64,000 nt of DNA from Macrostomum hystrix (GCA_950097015.1 CATNEN010000038.1:8494001-8558000); one strand, 5' to 3'; shown: positions 12,805-26,300, numbered from the stretch's first letter. Numbers and translations: made by a program. Notes: generated by a model not told the origin, from the letters alone.

Positions 12805-15800
12805 ATGATATCTACTTTTGCCTGTGCTACTCTAGCAGTCACTCTAGTCTGCTTGGCAGCCAGCTCTGCAATGGCCCAGCTGGCTAACCTGCCAGATGGC
12901 TGTCCAGCATTGAATGCCAGCGCCTCAGTCATGCCTGGCCAACTGGCAGGTGATTCTGCTTATTTGGACTTTGTTCAAGCCGAGACTGGCCAGAGGACTC
13001 AGCTACTTTATGAATATCCTGGACTCGCTGCTGAATTGATTCGCAGCAGCCCAGCTGGTGCCACCTACCGTCTGTACCATCACAGCCTTGGCCAAGAGGT
13101 CAGCGTCATGACAAACTGGCCACTCGGCCCATGCAACTCCAGCAATGCTACCAACAATGCCAGCAGTCTGGGCCTGGCTCTAACCGAAATCCGCGATACG
13201 GCGCTGGTCAACCGCTCCTCGCCCTGCCTGCTGATGCTGCTGTCGCCTGATCTGGCTGACGCCCACAACCACAGCCTGCGTAGCCTGGCCTGGACTGTCA
13301 ATGGCACCGCCTGCTTCAGTGGTAACGACACCATCATTGGCGCCGTCTGGCGTGTCAGCATCAGCTTGGCTAGAGACAACGCGGTAACATCTGCATTCCT
13401 TATTCTTGTTTTTATATATGTTCGATGGGTAAATCCCTAGGAAAACCGGAATAATAATCATAATTGCAGGAGTGCTGTAAGCAGTCGCACATCCTTTGAT
13501 GACACCAGACCCGCAGTCAGCGAGGAGCCAATTCTTCCCATTCGCACTCCTGAGTACTCACGCACACAACAGATACTGTACGCAGGCACACACACACAGG
13601 TTTGTACATCTGCTCTGACTTTCTCATCCTCAGGCAGTGTACACTTCACTGTGCCTTGGAGGTTGGCCCTTAATGGTATAAATTGCATGACAAGCCTACT
13701 CTATCCCGACTGTGCCTAGTTAAAGTAAAGGAATAGCGAAGTCACGTAAAATTAATGGGTTCGTTGCGGAGGCCTAAAATTCAAGTGACTATTTTGGAAC
13801 CCAACTGCCCCATCTCTTAAACACTGCTGTTAAATGCTTTCATTTTTGTCATCCCAGACTGTAACCAGCGTTGTCTTTGAGCTGCTGTCGCCGACTTTGG
13901 TTGTCAACACCAGCACCGTCTGGCAGACGATGCAGCGGCGCACCTTCAATTTCTTTGCCAGCCAAAAGTATTCCTCTCAGCCTGCGGAGGCCATCGCCCA
14001 GCTGCGCAACCCGCCGCCCTTTATAGCCTGCGGCTCTGCCAGAGAACAATTCGGCAGACCGCCACAGCTGCCACAAAATATGCTCTTCAATGTTAGACTA
14101 GGCCTGGACGATGACGTTGTGACCGTACAGGACGACTTGGCCAGTGCGCGCACCCTTACGCCAGCCACCGGAGAGACCAGGCTAAACAACCTTTATGGGC
14201 CCAGCCGGCTGAGGCTAGTGGCCGACCGAGACCTGGCCGGAGTGACTTTTGTCATCGGCCTGGAGGCCGGTAACAACTGCACAGTGGATGGCAACAATAG
14301 CCTAGCTAGCCTGCTGCCATTTGATCTGAGCCTAAACAATAGCTGGTTGTGGACTGGCGAGCAAGTTCATTTTCAGGTTGGATTTTGCGTTGAAATCCTG
14401 ATTATTTAAAATTTTAGAATCAGAGTGACTTTCGTTGAGTCAGAGTGACAATTTTACAAATCCAAGTGACTGTTTTACAATCCGAGTGACTGATTTACAA
14501 TCCGAGTGACTGTTATACAATCCGAGTGACTGATTTACAATCCGAGTGACTGTTATACAATCCGAGTGACTGATTTACAATCCGAGTGACTGATTTACAA
14601 TCCGAGTGACTGATTTACAATCCGAGTGACTGATTTACAATCCGAGTGACTGATTTACAATCCGAGTGACTGTTATACAATCCGAGTGACTGATTTACAA
14701 TCCGAGTGACTGATTTACAATCCGAGTGACTCTTTTGTTGCCTGTGGCATTGCAGAGCCGGTCGGACTGCAGTCGCTTCCTGCAGCTCGCGAACTCCACT
14801 AACGTGCCAGACTACGAAGTGTATTTTTGCGGTGGCAAGGCGCTGAATTTCTCGGACCTGACCGGCTTCACCTCGCGGCGTCGCAATGGCAACAACACAG
14901 AAGTGACCACCCGTCGCGTGACACAAATCGGACTGGCCACTGCCGAGCCTATGGACTACGACCTGACGGCCTGCGCTCTGACCCCGAACGGTGGCGGCGC
15001 GATGCGGTTGCTGATGCGGCTTGAGGCCACCTATGACCAGGTTTGAATTCTCAGCCTCTCAAACTCTAAATTTTCATGCAGCGAGCCTAATAACTACCTT
15101 ACAGTTATCGTGTGCTCATGTTCACATCAGTCACTTCCGTTTTCCATTTTGCATAGAAAATATTAACTACTTGCCTACGGTCATTTACTCTAAAGTTCAT
15201 TACCCACCTACGGTCATTCACTCCAAAGATTATTACCCACCTACGATAATTTACTCCAAAGTTCATTACCCACCTACGGTCATTCACTCCAAAGATTATT
15301 ACCCACCTACGGTCATTTACTCCAAATATCATTACCCACCTACGGTCATTCACTCCAAAGATTATTACCCACCTACGATAATTTACTCCAAAGTTCATTA
15401 CCCACCTACGGTCATTCACTCCAAAGATTATTACCCACCTACGGTAGTTTACTCCAAATATCATTACCCACCTACAGTCATTCACTTCCAAGATCATTAC
15501 CCACCTACAGTCATTCACTTCGAAGATCATTACCCACCTACGCTAATTTACTCCGAAGATCATTACCCACCTACAGTCATTCACTTCAAAGATCATTACC
15601 CACCTACGCTAATTTACTCCGAAGATTATTACTCACCTACAGTCATTCACTTCGAAGATCATTACCCACCTACGCAAATTTACTCCGAAGATTATTACTC
15701 ACCTACAGTCATTCACTTCGAAGATCATTACCCACCTACGCTAATTTACTCCGAAGATTATTACTCACCTACAGTCATTCACTTTGAAGATCATTACCCA

Positions 15801-18040
15801 CCTACGCAAATTTACTCCGAAGATTATTACTCACCTACAGTCACTTACTGCAAAGGTGACTGGCCCCCCTGGGTCCAATTATCACATATAATCTGCGTTA
15901 ATTCAAAGCGCCATTTATTTTAAGCCCCTAAAATGCACCTGTAGATCAGCAGACAGCGTCCTTTGATTAATTTGGCTTGGACTAATTATAATGATTATTT
16001 GTTAGATTCGGTAACGCTGTCTATTTGAGCACTCATAATTGGATTCACAGGGAGGGTTATAGTTATGCTTAGATCTGCTCTACACTGCCGATGTTGAGCC
16101 AGCTAGTCTGTATATTTGTTTCATTTCCTGTATCCTAGGGGCCAGTGCTGTCAATTAGAATCAATTATCTGATTCTCAATTAATAGTCCATGGTGTTGCG
16201 ACTAAATTTTGTCCGCTAATACAAGTACAAGTATTTATTGCTTTGTTTATATTCTTTGTTAGAAGTCGAACGTAGTTAAGGCCAATAATGGAGGGAGATT
16301 AGGACACTTATCCGCTTTAAAGCTTATAATTGAAGGCTAATACCTCAATTTCAGATATAATACGAATCCCCTTAATTTAGGGGATTAGAATACTAATCCC
16401 TTAACTGAGGAGATTAGAATACTAATCCCTTAACTGAGGTGATTAGAATACTAATCCCTTAACTGAGGAGATTATAATACTAATCCCTTAACTGAGGAGA
16501 TTAGAATACTAATCCCTTAACTGAGGAGATTAGAATACTAATCCCTTAACTGAGGAGATTATAATACTAATCCCTTAACTGAGGAGATTATAATACTAAT
16601 CCCTTAACTGAGGAGATTAGAATACTAATCCCTTAACTGAGGAGATTAGAATACTAATCCCTTAACTGAGGAGATTAGAATAGTTATCCCTTAACTGAGG
16701 AGATTAGAATACTAATCCCTTAACTGAGGAGATTAGAATAGTAATCCCTTAACTGAGGAGATTAGAATACTAATCCCTTAACTGAGGAGATTAGAATAGT
16801 AATCCCTTAACTGAGGAGATTAGAATACTAATCCCTTAACTGAGGAGATTAGAATAGTAATCCCTTAACTGAGGAGATTAGAATAGTAATCCCTTAACTG
16901 AGGAGATTAGAATAGTAATCCCTTAACTGAGGAGATTAGAATACTAATCCCTTAACTGAGGAGATTAGAATAGTAATCCCTTAACTGAGGAGATTAGAAT
17001 AGTAATCCCTTAACTGAGGAGATTAGAATAGTAATCCCTTAACTGAGGAGATTAGAATACTAATCCCTTAACTGAGGAGATTAGAATACTAATCCCTTAA
17101 CTGAGGAGATTAGAATAGTAATCCCTTAACTGAGGAGATTATAATACTAATCCCTTAACTGAGGAGATTAGAATAGTAATCCCTTAACTAAGGAGATTAG
17201 AATAGTAATCCCTTAACTGAGGAGATTAGAATAGTAATCCCTTAACTGAGGAGATTAGAATACTAATCCCTTAACTGAGGAGATTAGAATAGTAATCCCT
17301 TAACTGAGGAGATTAGAATACTAATCCCTTAACTGAGGAGATTAGAATACTAATCCCTTAACTAAGGAGATTAGAATAGTAATCCCTTAACTGAGGAGAT
17401 TAGAGTACTAATCCCTTAATTAAGGAGATTATAATACTAATCCCTTAACTGAGGAGATTAGAATACTAATCCCATTTTCAGGGGTATTGAAATACATATC
17501 CCCTAATTGGAGAGATAATAATACTAATCCTCTCATAATCCATCGCATTTTCAATGCCAGCTGATCGCACTTAGTCCAGCGAAACTTACGGCCTCCGTCC
17601 GCTCCGCTGTGGCCACATCCGTGCCGGGCGTTTCCCGGCTGCGCGTCGCCCAGGTATCCGTTGCTAAGGACGCCAACGCAAGCCTTTCCCAGGTATGGCT
17701 GACCCTGATGGGCCCGCCTGTCGGTGCGAGGTCGACCAACGGCAGCTGGGCGCCGTCGCTATCCGCGACCTGGACGGCCCTGGCCGGCGCCAAGCTGAAG
17801 CTGCTGAATTCGAACGTTGCCAGCCTGGAGGACGCCCAGAACGCCACGGATCCGGCTGGACGTGGCGGCGGCGGTGGCGGAGGCGGCAGCGGCACCGTGT
17901 ACATTCACGACGGCCACTCCGGCGGGGCCATGGCTGCTCTGGCCTTCTTCATGCTGCTGCTTGGCGGCTGTGGCGGCGTCCTTGGCGCCTGGTGCGTGTG
18001 GAAGCGCCGGCCCAACATGCCCTACTATGTGCAGGACTGA
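12805..18040 (+). CDS. Type I single-pass membrane glycoprotein, uncharacterised; exons 12805-13383, 13858-14376, 14756-15040, 17561-18040; ~620 aa
   Basis: Signal peptide (MISTFACATLAVTLVCLAASSAMA) and many NxS/T sequons. Three phase-0 GT-AG introns join four ORF segments in frame. C-terminal TM (GHSGGAMAALAFFMLLLGGCGGVLGAWCVW), stop-transfer KRR and a short tail with YYVQ. Additional small exons within 15041-17560 cannot be excluded. Confidence 0.8.
13449..13700 (-). mobile_element. SINE-like dispersed repeat, copy 1 (intron 1 of the membrane-protein gene), with (ATT)-rich 3' tail
   Basis: The reverse complement aligns over ~200 bp with 61830-62055 (shared AGGGCCAACCTCCAAGGCACAG, AGAAAGTCAG(A/G)GCAGATGTACA, GTGTGCCTGCGTACAGTATCTGT). 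Both copies end in ATTAT..ATTATT. Confidence 0.75.
14455..14730. repeat. 20-bp minisatellite (TCCGAGTGACTGATTTACAA), intronic
   Basis: Tandem period of 20 bp. Confidence 0.95.
15168..15850. repeat. 33-bp minisatellite (TACCCACCTACGGTCATTCACTCCAAAGATTAT) with alternating variants, intronic
   Basis: Period of 33 bp; translates as YPPTVIHSKDY repeats. Confidence 0.9.
16365..17530. repeat. 29-bp quasi-palindromic minisatellite (AATCCCTTAACTGAGGAGATTAGAATACT), ~40 copies, intronic
   Basis: Period of 29 bp (16511 vs 16540); GATTAG-AATA-CTAATC hairpin across unit junctions. Confidence 0.95.
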
Positions 18041-18214
18041 GGCCTTTGTGACGTCATTTCCGGAATTCTGGCTTGCATCAGAAATTCTTAATTATTCTCA
18101 TTCCGATTCGGGTTTCATATTGATTGACTTTTAACTGACAAAAGAATACCCGAAAAGATGGTATGTCGTTAAAATTATAAAACAACAAGCAGCCAGATTC
18201 AGATATCTGTATTT

Positions 18215-18390
18215 AGATTTCAGGCTCTAATCCCAGATTATAGATTCCAATCCCAGGATTTAGATTCCAATCCCAGTATATAGATTCAGGGGTATTGAAT
18301 TTAGATTTCAATCCCAGGATTTAGATTCCAATCCCAGATTATAGACTCCTATCTCAGGATTTGGATTTTTGATAGCAGGATTTAGAATCC
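18215..18390. repeat. Degenerate 20-bp minisatellite (CAATCCCAGGATTTAGATTC), same family as 46918-47216
   Basis: Repeated GATTCCAATCCCAG motif. Confidence 0.8.
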
Positions 18391-19237
18391 AATCACAATT
18401 ACAGGACCCACAATGACAGTGAAATATTAATTTTATAGTGAGTCCAGTTTTTTTGTAAAATGTTTTAAGAATCAAAGCAATTGTGGTTTTGTTTATTTCT
18501 TTCTCCGTCGTAATTTTTTCGCAGCCTCTATTATTACCAAAGGCTAACGCTCGTATTACTAATCTAATTTCACAATTATATTCAGCTGTGTACATTTCAA
18601 CCTGTCGTTGTGGTCCGGTTTCGCTAGTCTCACCAAATTTTGCAGCAGAATTAACTGCTTTAGTCCCTCGTTTAATTCTAATGCATTGATTTAGTCACAT
18701 GCGCAATACAGACTACTGACCATTTTAATGGTGAGTAAAGTCATCAGCATTGTTGTTATCTCTTTAGAAATATATCTCTTTATTTTTTCAACCTTTTTTT
18801 CATCTGTACTTCTTTTAACCGTTAAAAGGGATTTTCACACCTGCTTAACCTCACTAAGCACCGAATAAGAGTAACAGGTACTCAAGACTCGACACAAGAA
18901 GTACATAACTTTCTTGATGTTCTAAGCTAAGCTGTTCTTATTGGCAAAATAATTTCAGTCATGTTTCGTCTTTTGCTTTGTCTTCATTTTACTCTTTAAA
19001 ATTGTCTTATAATATCAGAACAGTTGATACCATAGATCTTATATGCCCTTCTCAAATACCTATAAAACAATATATATATACCTGTTTCATATTTAATATA
19101 AATACCTGTATAACAATATGGGGTGTGTTACCTACTGAAGTATATAGTAATTCTTATACACCTATATTGAAGTTATATAAGTTCTATGGTTGATACAAGG
19201 CTTCGAGACAGAGTTGCGACATGGAGTGTGGGGTGTT

Positions 19238-20423
19238 AGTACACAGACCCACAATATTACATGAATGAGTACACAGACACACAATATTACATAAATGAGT
19301 ACACAGACCCACAATATTACATGAATGAGTACACAGACCCACAATATTACATGAATGAGTACACAGACACACAATATTACATGAATGAGTACACAGACCC
19401 ACAATATTACATAAATGAGTACACAGACCCACAATATTACATGAATGAGTACACAGACACACAATATTACATGAATGAGTACACAGACCCACAATATTAC
19501 ATGAATGAGTACACAGACACACAAAATTACATAAATGAGTACACAGATACACAATATTACATAAATGAGTACACATACCCACAATATTACATAAATGAGT
19601 ACACAGACACACAATATTACATAAATGAGTACACAGACACACAAAATTACATGAATGAGTACACAGACCCACAATATTACATGAATGAGTACACAGGCAC
19701 ACAATATTACATGAATGAGTACACAGACACACAATATTACATGAATGAGTACACAGACACACAATATTACATGAATGAGTACACAGACACACAATATTAC
19801 ATGAATGAGTACACAGACACACAATATTACATGAATGAGTACACAGACACACAATATTACATGAATGAGTACACAGACACACAAAATTACATGAATGAGT
19901 ACACAGACACACAATATTACATGAATGAGTACACAGACACACAATATTACATAAATGAGTACACAGACACACAATATTACATGAATGAGTACACAGACAA
20001 ACAATATTACATGAATGAGTACACAGACACACAATATTACATAAATGAGTACACAGACACACAATATTACATAAATGAGTACACAGACACACAATATTAC
20101 ATGAATGAGTACACAGACCCACAATATTACATGAATGAGTACACAGACCCACAATATTACATGAATGAGTACACAGACCCACAATATTACATAAATGAGT
20201 ACACAGACACAATATTACATGAATGAGTACACAGACACACAATATTACACGAATGAGTACACAGACACACAATATTATATGAATGAGTACACAGACACAC
20301 AATATTACATAAATGAGTACACAGACACACAATATTATATGAATGAGTACACAGACACACAATATTACATAAATGAGTACACAGATACACAATATTACAT
20401 AAATGAGTACACAGATACACAAT
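19238..20423. repeat. 30-bp minisatellite (ATGAGTACACAGACACACAATATTACATGA), left part
   Basis: Period of 30 bp; resumes at 22369 after the retrotransposon. Confidence 0.97.
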
Positions 20424-20643
20424 TGTTATGTCCTTAGTAGCACCGAAGAAAGCCGTAAGATAGTGTTTGAGCGTTGGCGGGCTTATGCCACTCATTAGCG
20501 TAGCCGCTCCCAAAAAACACTTAATATATTTCTTTGGCTCGCTAGCTGTCTTAAACATTCAATACTGTAACGAGTATCTAGGGTTTCAACCCTAGACTCT
20601 TTTAGAAGCAGCAAGCAAACTAAATCTGTGTCACGTCACAACA
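20424..20643 (-). repeat. 3' LTR of the Gypsy element (220 bp, TGTTGTG...CATAACA)
   Basis: Begins with TG right after the PPT and ends with CA at the satellite junction; the 7-bp termini form a near-perfect inverted repeat. Confidence 0.85.
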
Positions 20644-22368
20644 TCCCTCTTCCTTTCAATCTTGAGCCTGATACCTCTCCGGCGGTCTTCGCATTCGCTG
20701 GGGGTATCTGCGATCCGCCATCGGTTGATCCTCAGCACTTGGAGGTTCTCTCTCTGGCTCATTCGTTGCCTCGGCTCTGTCCCTGACATGGCCACGGTGC
20801 ACGACCAGATCTCGTCCTTGCTCGTCCCGCACTCGTCTCAACTGTTCGCCGACAGCTTCGCGCAGTACTCCTTCCCTCCACTCCTTATTAAACGGATCCT
20901 GGACCCAGACTGGGCTGTAGGCTTGGTCAATACGCTTGTCTTGGAAGGACCGACGGTGCAGCAGTGAGAGTCGCGTGTTGAACTCGCGCCCAAACATTTC
21001 TCGGCATGGCGCGACTCCGTTTACTCTTGGACAGACGCGCACCGCGTACAATGCCTGTTGCATCCGAACCTCCGGATCTGGGTCATTCAGCTGCTTCAGC
21101 TTGGTCTTCAGCTTTTTCACGGCAGCCTCTGCTACGCCATTTGATGCGGGGTGGTAGCGGGGCGACTTCAGGTGTAACACTCCCATTCTCTTCAGCCAGG
21201 CCTCCGTCTCATGAGCCACAAACTGTCGTCCGTTGTCAGTGACGAGTACCTCTGGGATGCCAAAGTTGCAAAATGCTCTTCGGAGTACTCTAATGACCGA
21301 CGTTGCATCAACTTCGCGCACCCATTCGGCAGCGATGAATCCCGTCTTGGCGTCCGAAACCACCAGGAAGTTGCTTCCCTCCAGTTGTCCCAGGTCAGCA
21401 TGCACTCGGCCCCACGCCTCCTTTGGTACTGGCCACGGTTTGAGCACCGATTTCTGGGACGGTCTCAAGCGCTGGCACGTGTGGCATTCCGACACGCACT
21501 TTTCTATCTCCGTCTCCATTAGCGGCCACCAGACATACTGGCGGGCCCACGCCTTCATGGCTTGCATTCCGGGATGGGAGCAGTGGAGAAATTGGATGAC
21601 TCGTGCTCGGAACTTCACCGGGATGACGATCCGATGGTCCAATAACAGTAGATGGTCGCTGCAATTCAGCCTGCTCTGTACTCTTCTGTATGAGTCCGGC
21701 ACGTCTTCACCAGATCGCAACTTCTGTAGAACGTCTAAGATCTCCTTGTCCTCCTTAGACGCCTGCTCCATCTGCTCCTTCGTGACGGGTCCATCTTCTG
21801 ACAAGGCGATGTCCACCGCCGCCACTTCATTAACCGCTTCAGTCGCCGTTTTGTCGCTCCAGTTATTGCCGTCTGTTGGTAGTCTCGACAACGCGTCGGC
21901 ATGCGGAATTTCGTGCGTTCGTTTGCCTCTGACTTTATACTGGTACGTAGCCAGCAGCTCCGCCCAGCGCTGAACTCTCTTACTTGCTCTCTCGGGCAGG
22001 TCTTTGTGTGATGCGAATAAGAATTCTAGCGGCTTGTGATCGGTCACAATTACAAAACTCCGATACGCTAGGAATCGATTTAGCTTCTTGACGCACCAGA
22101 CCACTCCGAGGGCTTCCCGTTCTAGCTGGCTGTATCGCGACTCCGCCGGTGTGAGTTTCTTGGACACAAACGCCACTGGCTTTCCGTTCTGTTCCAGGAC
22201 TCCTCCCACGCCATAGGGTGAAGCATCCGTAGTCAGGATCAGCTCCTCGTTTGGATCGTAGGGTGCCAGGACATGCCTTGACGTGATGTCCTGCTTCAGC
22301 TGCACCACTGCACTCCTGTGCTCCGGCCTCCAATTCCAATCCGCGTCCTTCTTTAGCAGATCATATAG
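20424..22368 (-). mobile_element. 5'-truncated Ty3/Gypsy LTR retrotransposon (RT connection/RNase H-integrase, PPT, 3' LTR)
   Basis: Uninterrupted pol frame 22368-20656 containing RNase H (TDASPYGVGGVL, YSQLEREAL, TDHKPL), integrase HHCC (HCSHPG...CHTC) and DDE (HADL, VTDNG, SNGVAE), in Gypsy order RH-IN. Polypurine tract AAAGGAAGAGGGA at 20656-20644 is directly followed by the LTR. Confidence 0.95.
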
Positions 22369-23068
22369 GACACACAATATTACATAAATGAGTACACAGA
22401 CCCACAATATTACATAAATGAGTACACAGACCCACAATATTACATGAATGAGTACACAGACACACAATATTACATGAATGAGTACACAGACCCACAATAT
22501 TACATGAATGAGTACACAGACCCACAATATTACATAAATGAGTACACAGACCCACAATATTACATGAATGAGTACACAGACCCACAATATTACATGAATG
22601 AGTACACAGACACACAATATTACATGAATGAGTACACAGACCCACAATATTACATAAATGAGTACACAGACCCACAATATTACATGAATGAGTACACAGA
22701 CACACAATATTACATGAATGAGTACACAGACCCACAATATTACATGAATGAGTACACAGACACACAATATTACATAAATGAGTACACAGACCCACAATAT
22801 TACATGAATGAGCACACAGACACACAATATTACATGAATGAGTACACAGACACACAATATAACATAAATGAGTACACAGACACACAATATTACATGAATG
22901 AGTACACAGACCCACAATATTACATGAATGAGTACACAGACACACAATATTACATAAATGAGTACACAGACACACAATATTACATAAATGAGTACACAGA
23001 CACACAAAATTACATAAATGAGTACACAGACACACAATATTACATAAATGAGTACACAGACACACAAT
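22369..23068. repeat. 30-bp minisatellite, right part
   Basis: Same unit as 19238-20423. Confidence 0.97.
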
Positions 23069-23313
23069 GGAATATTGGATAGAGTGAATATGTGATGGAA
23101 TATTGGATAGAGTGAATATATGATGGAATATTGGATAGAGTGAATATATGATGGAATATAGGATAGATTGAATATATGATGGAATATTGGATAGAGTGAA
23201 AATATGATGGAATATTGGATAGAGTGAATATATGATGGAATATTGGATAGAGTGAATATATGATGGAATATTGGATAGAGTGAATATATGATGGAATATT
23301 GGATAGAGTGAAT
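23067..23313. repeat. 28-bp minisatellite (ATGGAATATTGGATAGAGTGAATATATG)
   Basis: Period of 28 bp; abuts the 30-bp array directly. Confidence 0.95.
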
Positions 23314-23389
23314 AACTGTGTGATGCTTTTTACCTAAAGCATCTAAAACCTAAACTTGGTCTAAAACCGTAGCTTGCGACGCTGGTAGA

Positions 23390-26300
23390 TTGGATAGTGT
23401 GTTACAGAGTTGCAGAGTTGAATTATGGCCAATGGATAGTGTGTTGCAGAGTTGCAGAGTTGAATAATGGCCAATGGATAGTGTGTTGCAGAGTTGAATA
23501 ATGGCCAATGGATAGTGTGTTGCAGAGTTGCAGAGTTGAATAATGGCCAATGGATAGTGTGTTACAGAGTTGCAGAGTTGAATAATGGCCAATGGATAGT
23601 GTGTTGCAGAGTTGCAGAGTTGAATAATGGCCAATGGATAGTGTGTTGCAGAGTTGCAGAGTTGAATAATGGCCAATGGATAGTGTGTTGCAGAGTTGCA
23701 GACTTGAATAATGGCCAATGGATAGTGTGTTGCAGAGTTGCAGAGTTGAATAATGGCCAATGGATAGTGTGTTGCAGAGTTGCAGAGTTGAATAATGGCC
23801 AATGGATAGTATGTTGCAGAGTTCCAGAGTTGAATAATGGCCAATGGATAGTGTGTTGCAGAGTTGCAGAGTTGAATAATGGCCAATGGATAGTGTGTTG
23901 CAGAGTTGAATAATGGCCAATGGATAGTGTGTTGCAGAGTTGCAGAGTTGAATAATGGCCAATGGATAGTGTGTTGCAGAGTTGCAGAGTTGAATAATGG
24001 CCAATGGATAGTATGTTGCAGAGTTGCAGAGTTGAATAATGGCCAATGGATAGTGTGTTGCAGAGTTGCAGAGTTGAATAATGGCCAATGGATAGTGTGT
24101 TGCAGAGTTGCAGAGTTGAATAATGGCCAATGGATAGTATGTTGCAGAGTTGCAGAGTTGAATAATGGCCAATGGATAGTGTGTTGCAGAGTTGCAGAGT
24201 TGAATAATGGCCAATGGATAGTATGTTGCAGAGTTGCAGAGTTGAATAATGGCCAATGGATAGTGTGTTGCAGAGTTGCAGAGTTGAATAATGGCCAATG
24301 GATAGTGTGTTGCAGAGTTGAATAATGGCCAATGGATAGTGTGTTGCAGAGTTGCAGAGTTGAATAATGGCCAATGGATAGTGTGTTGCAGAGTTGCAGA
24401 GTTGAATAATGGCCAATGGATAGTGTGTTGCAGAGTTGCAGAGTTGAATAATGGCCAATGGATAGTGTGTTGCAGAGTTGCAGAGTTGAATAATGGCCAA
24501 TGGATAGTGTGTTACAGAGTTGCAGAGTTGAATAATGGCCAATGGATAGTGTGTTGCAGAGTTGCAGAGTTGAATAATGGCCAATGGATAGTGTGTTGCA
24601 GAGTTGCAGAGTTGAATAATGGCCAATGGATAGTGTGTTGCAGAGTTGCAGAGTTGAATAATGGCCAATGGATAGTGTGTTGCAGAGTTGCAGAGTTGAA
24701 TAATGGCCAATGGATAGTGTGTTGCAGAGTTGAATAATGGCCAATGGATAGTGTGTTGCAGAGTTGCAGAGTTGAATAATGGCCAATGGATAGTGTGTTG
24801 CAGAGTTGCAGAGTTGAATAATGGCCAATGGATAGTGTGTTGCAGAGTTGCAAAGTTGAATAATGGCCAATGGATAGTGTGTTGCAGAGTTGCAGAGTTG
24901 AATAATGGCCAATGGATAGTGTGTTGCAGAGTTGCAGAGTTGAATAATGGCCAATAGATAGTGTGTTGCAGAGTTGCAGAGTTGAACAATGGCCAATGGA
25001 TAGTATGTTACAGAGTGGCAGAGTTGAACAATGGCCAATGGATAGTATGTTACAGAGTGGCAGAGTTGAACAATGGCCAATGGATAGTGTGTTGCAGAGT
25101 TGCAGAGTTGAATAATGGCCAATGGATAGTGTGTTACAGAGTGGCAGAGTTGAATAATGGCCAATGGATAGTGTGTTGCAGAGTTGCAGAGTTGAATAAT
25201 GGCCAATGGATAGTGTGTTGCAGAGTTGCAGAGTTGAATAATGGCCAATGGATAGTGTGTTGCAGAGTTGCAGAGTTGAATAATGGCCAATGGATAGTGT
25301 GTTGCAGAGTTGCAGAGTTGAATAATGGCCAATAGATAGTGTGTTGCAGAGTTGCAGAGTTGAACAATGGCCAATGGATAGTATGTTACAGAGTGGCAGA
25401 GTTGAACAATGGCCAATGGATAGTATGTTACAGAGTGGCAGAGTTGAACAATGGCCAATGGATAGTGTGTTGCAGAGTTGCAGAGTTGAATAATGGCCAA
25501 TGGATAGTGTGTTACAGAGTGGCAGAGTTGAATAATGGCCAATGGATAGTGTGTTGCAGAGTTGCAGAGTTGAATAATGGCCAATGGATAGTGTGTTGCA
25601 GAGTTGCAGAGTTGAATAATGGCCAATGGATAGTGTGTTGCAGAGTTGCAGAGTTGAATAATGGCCAATGGATAGTGTGTTGCAGAGTTGCAGAGTTGAA
25701 TAATGGCCAATGGATAGTATGTTGCAGAGTGGCAGAGTTGAATAATGGCCAATGGATAGTATGTTACAGAGTGGCAGAGTTGAATAATGGCCAATGGATA
25801 GTGTGTTGCAGAGTGGCAGAGTTGAATAATGGCCAATGGATAGTATGTTACAGAGTGGCAGAGTTGAACAATGGCCAATGGATAGTATGTTACAGAGTGG
25901 CAGAGTTGAACAATGGCCAATGGATAGTGTGTTGCAGAGTTGCAGAGTTGAATAATGGCCAATGGATAGTGTGTTACAGAGTGGCAGAGTTGAATAATGG
26001 CCAATGGATAGTGTGTTGCAGAGTTGCAGAGTTGAATAATGGCCAATGGATAGTGTGTTGCAGAGTTGCAGAGTTGAATAATGGCCAATGGATAGTGTGT
26101 TGCAGAGTTGCAGAGTTGAATAATGGCCAATGGATAGTGTGTTGCAGAGTTGCAGAGTTGAATAATGGCCAATGGATAGTGTGTTGCAGAGTTGCAGAGT
26201 TGAATAATGGCCAATGGATAGTGTGTTGCAGAGTTGCAGAGTTGAATAATGGCCAATGGATAGTGTGTTACAGAGTTGCAGAGTTGAATAATGGCCAATG

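Noticed and set aside
16365-17530. Hammerhead ribozyme or CRISPR-like array in the 29-bp repeat
   Set aside because: CTGAGGA followed by the stem GATTAG-AATA-CTAATC resembles half a hammerhead core, but the required GAAA after stem II is absent (CCTTAA). There are no unique spacers and no cas genes, so it is not CRISPR.
20656-23067. 803-aa ORF fusing a (CVCVLIHVIL)n repeat to RNase H-integrase
   Set aside because: Chance in-frame junction between the 30-bp satellite and the truncated Gypsy pol; non-ATG start inside the satellite.
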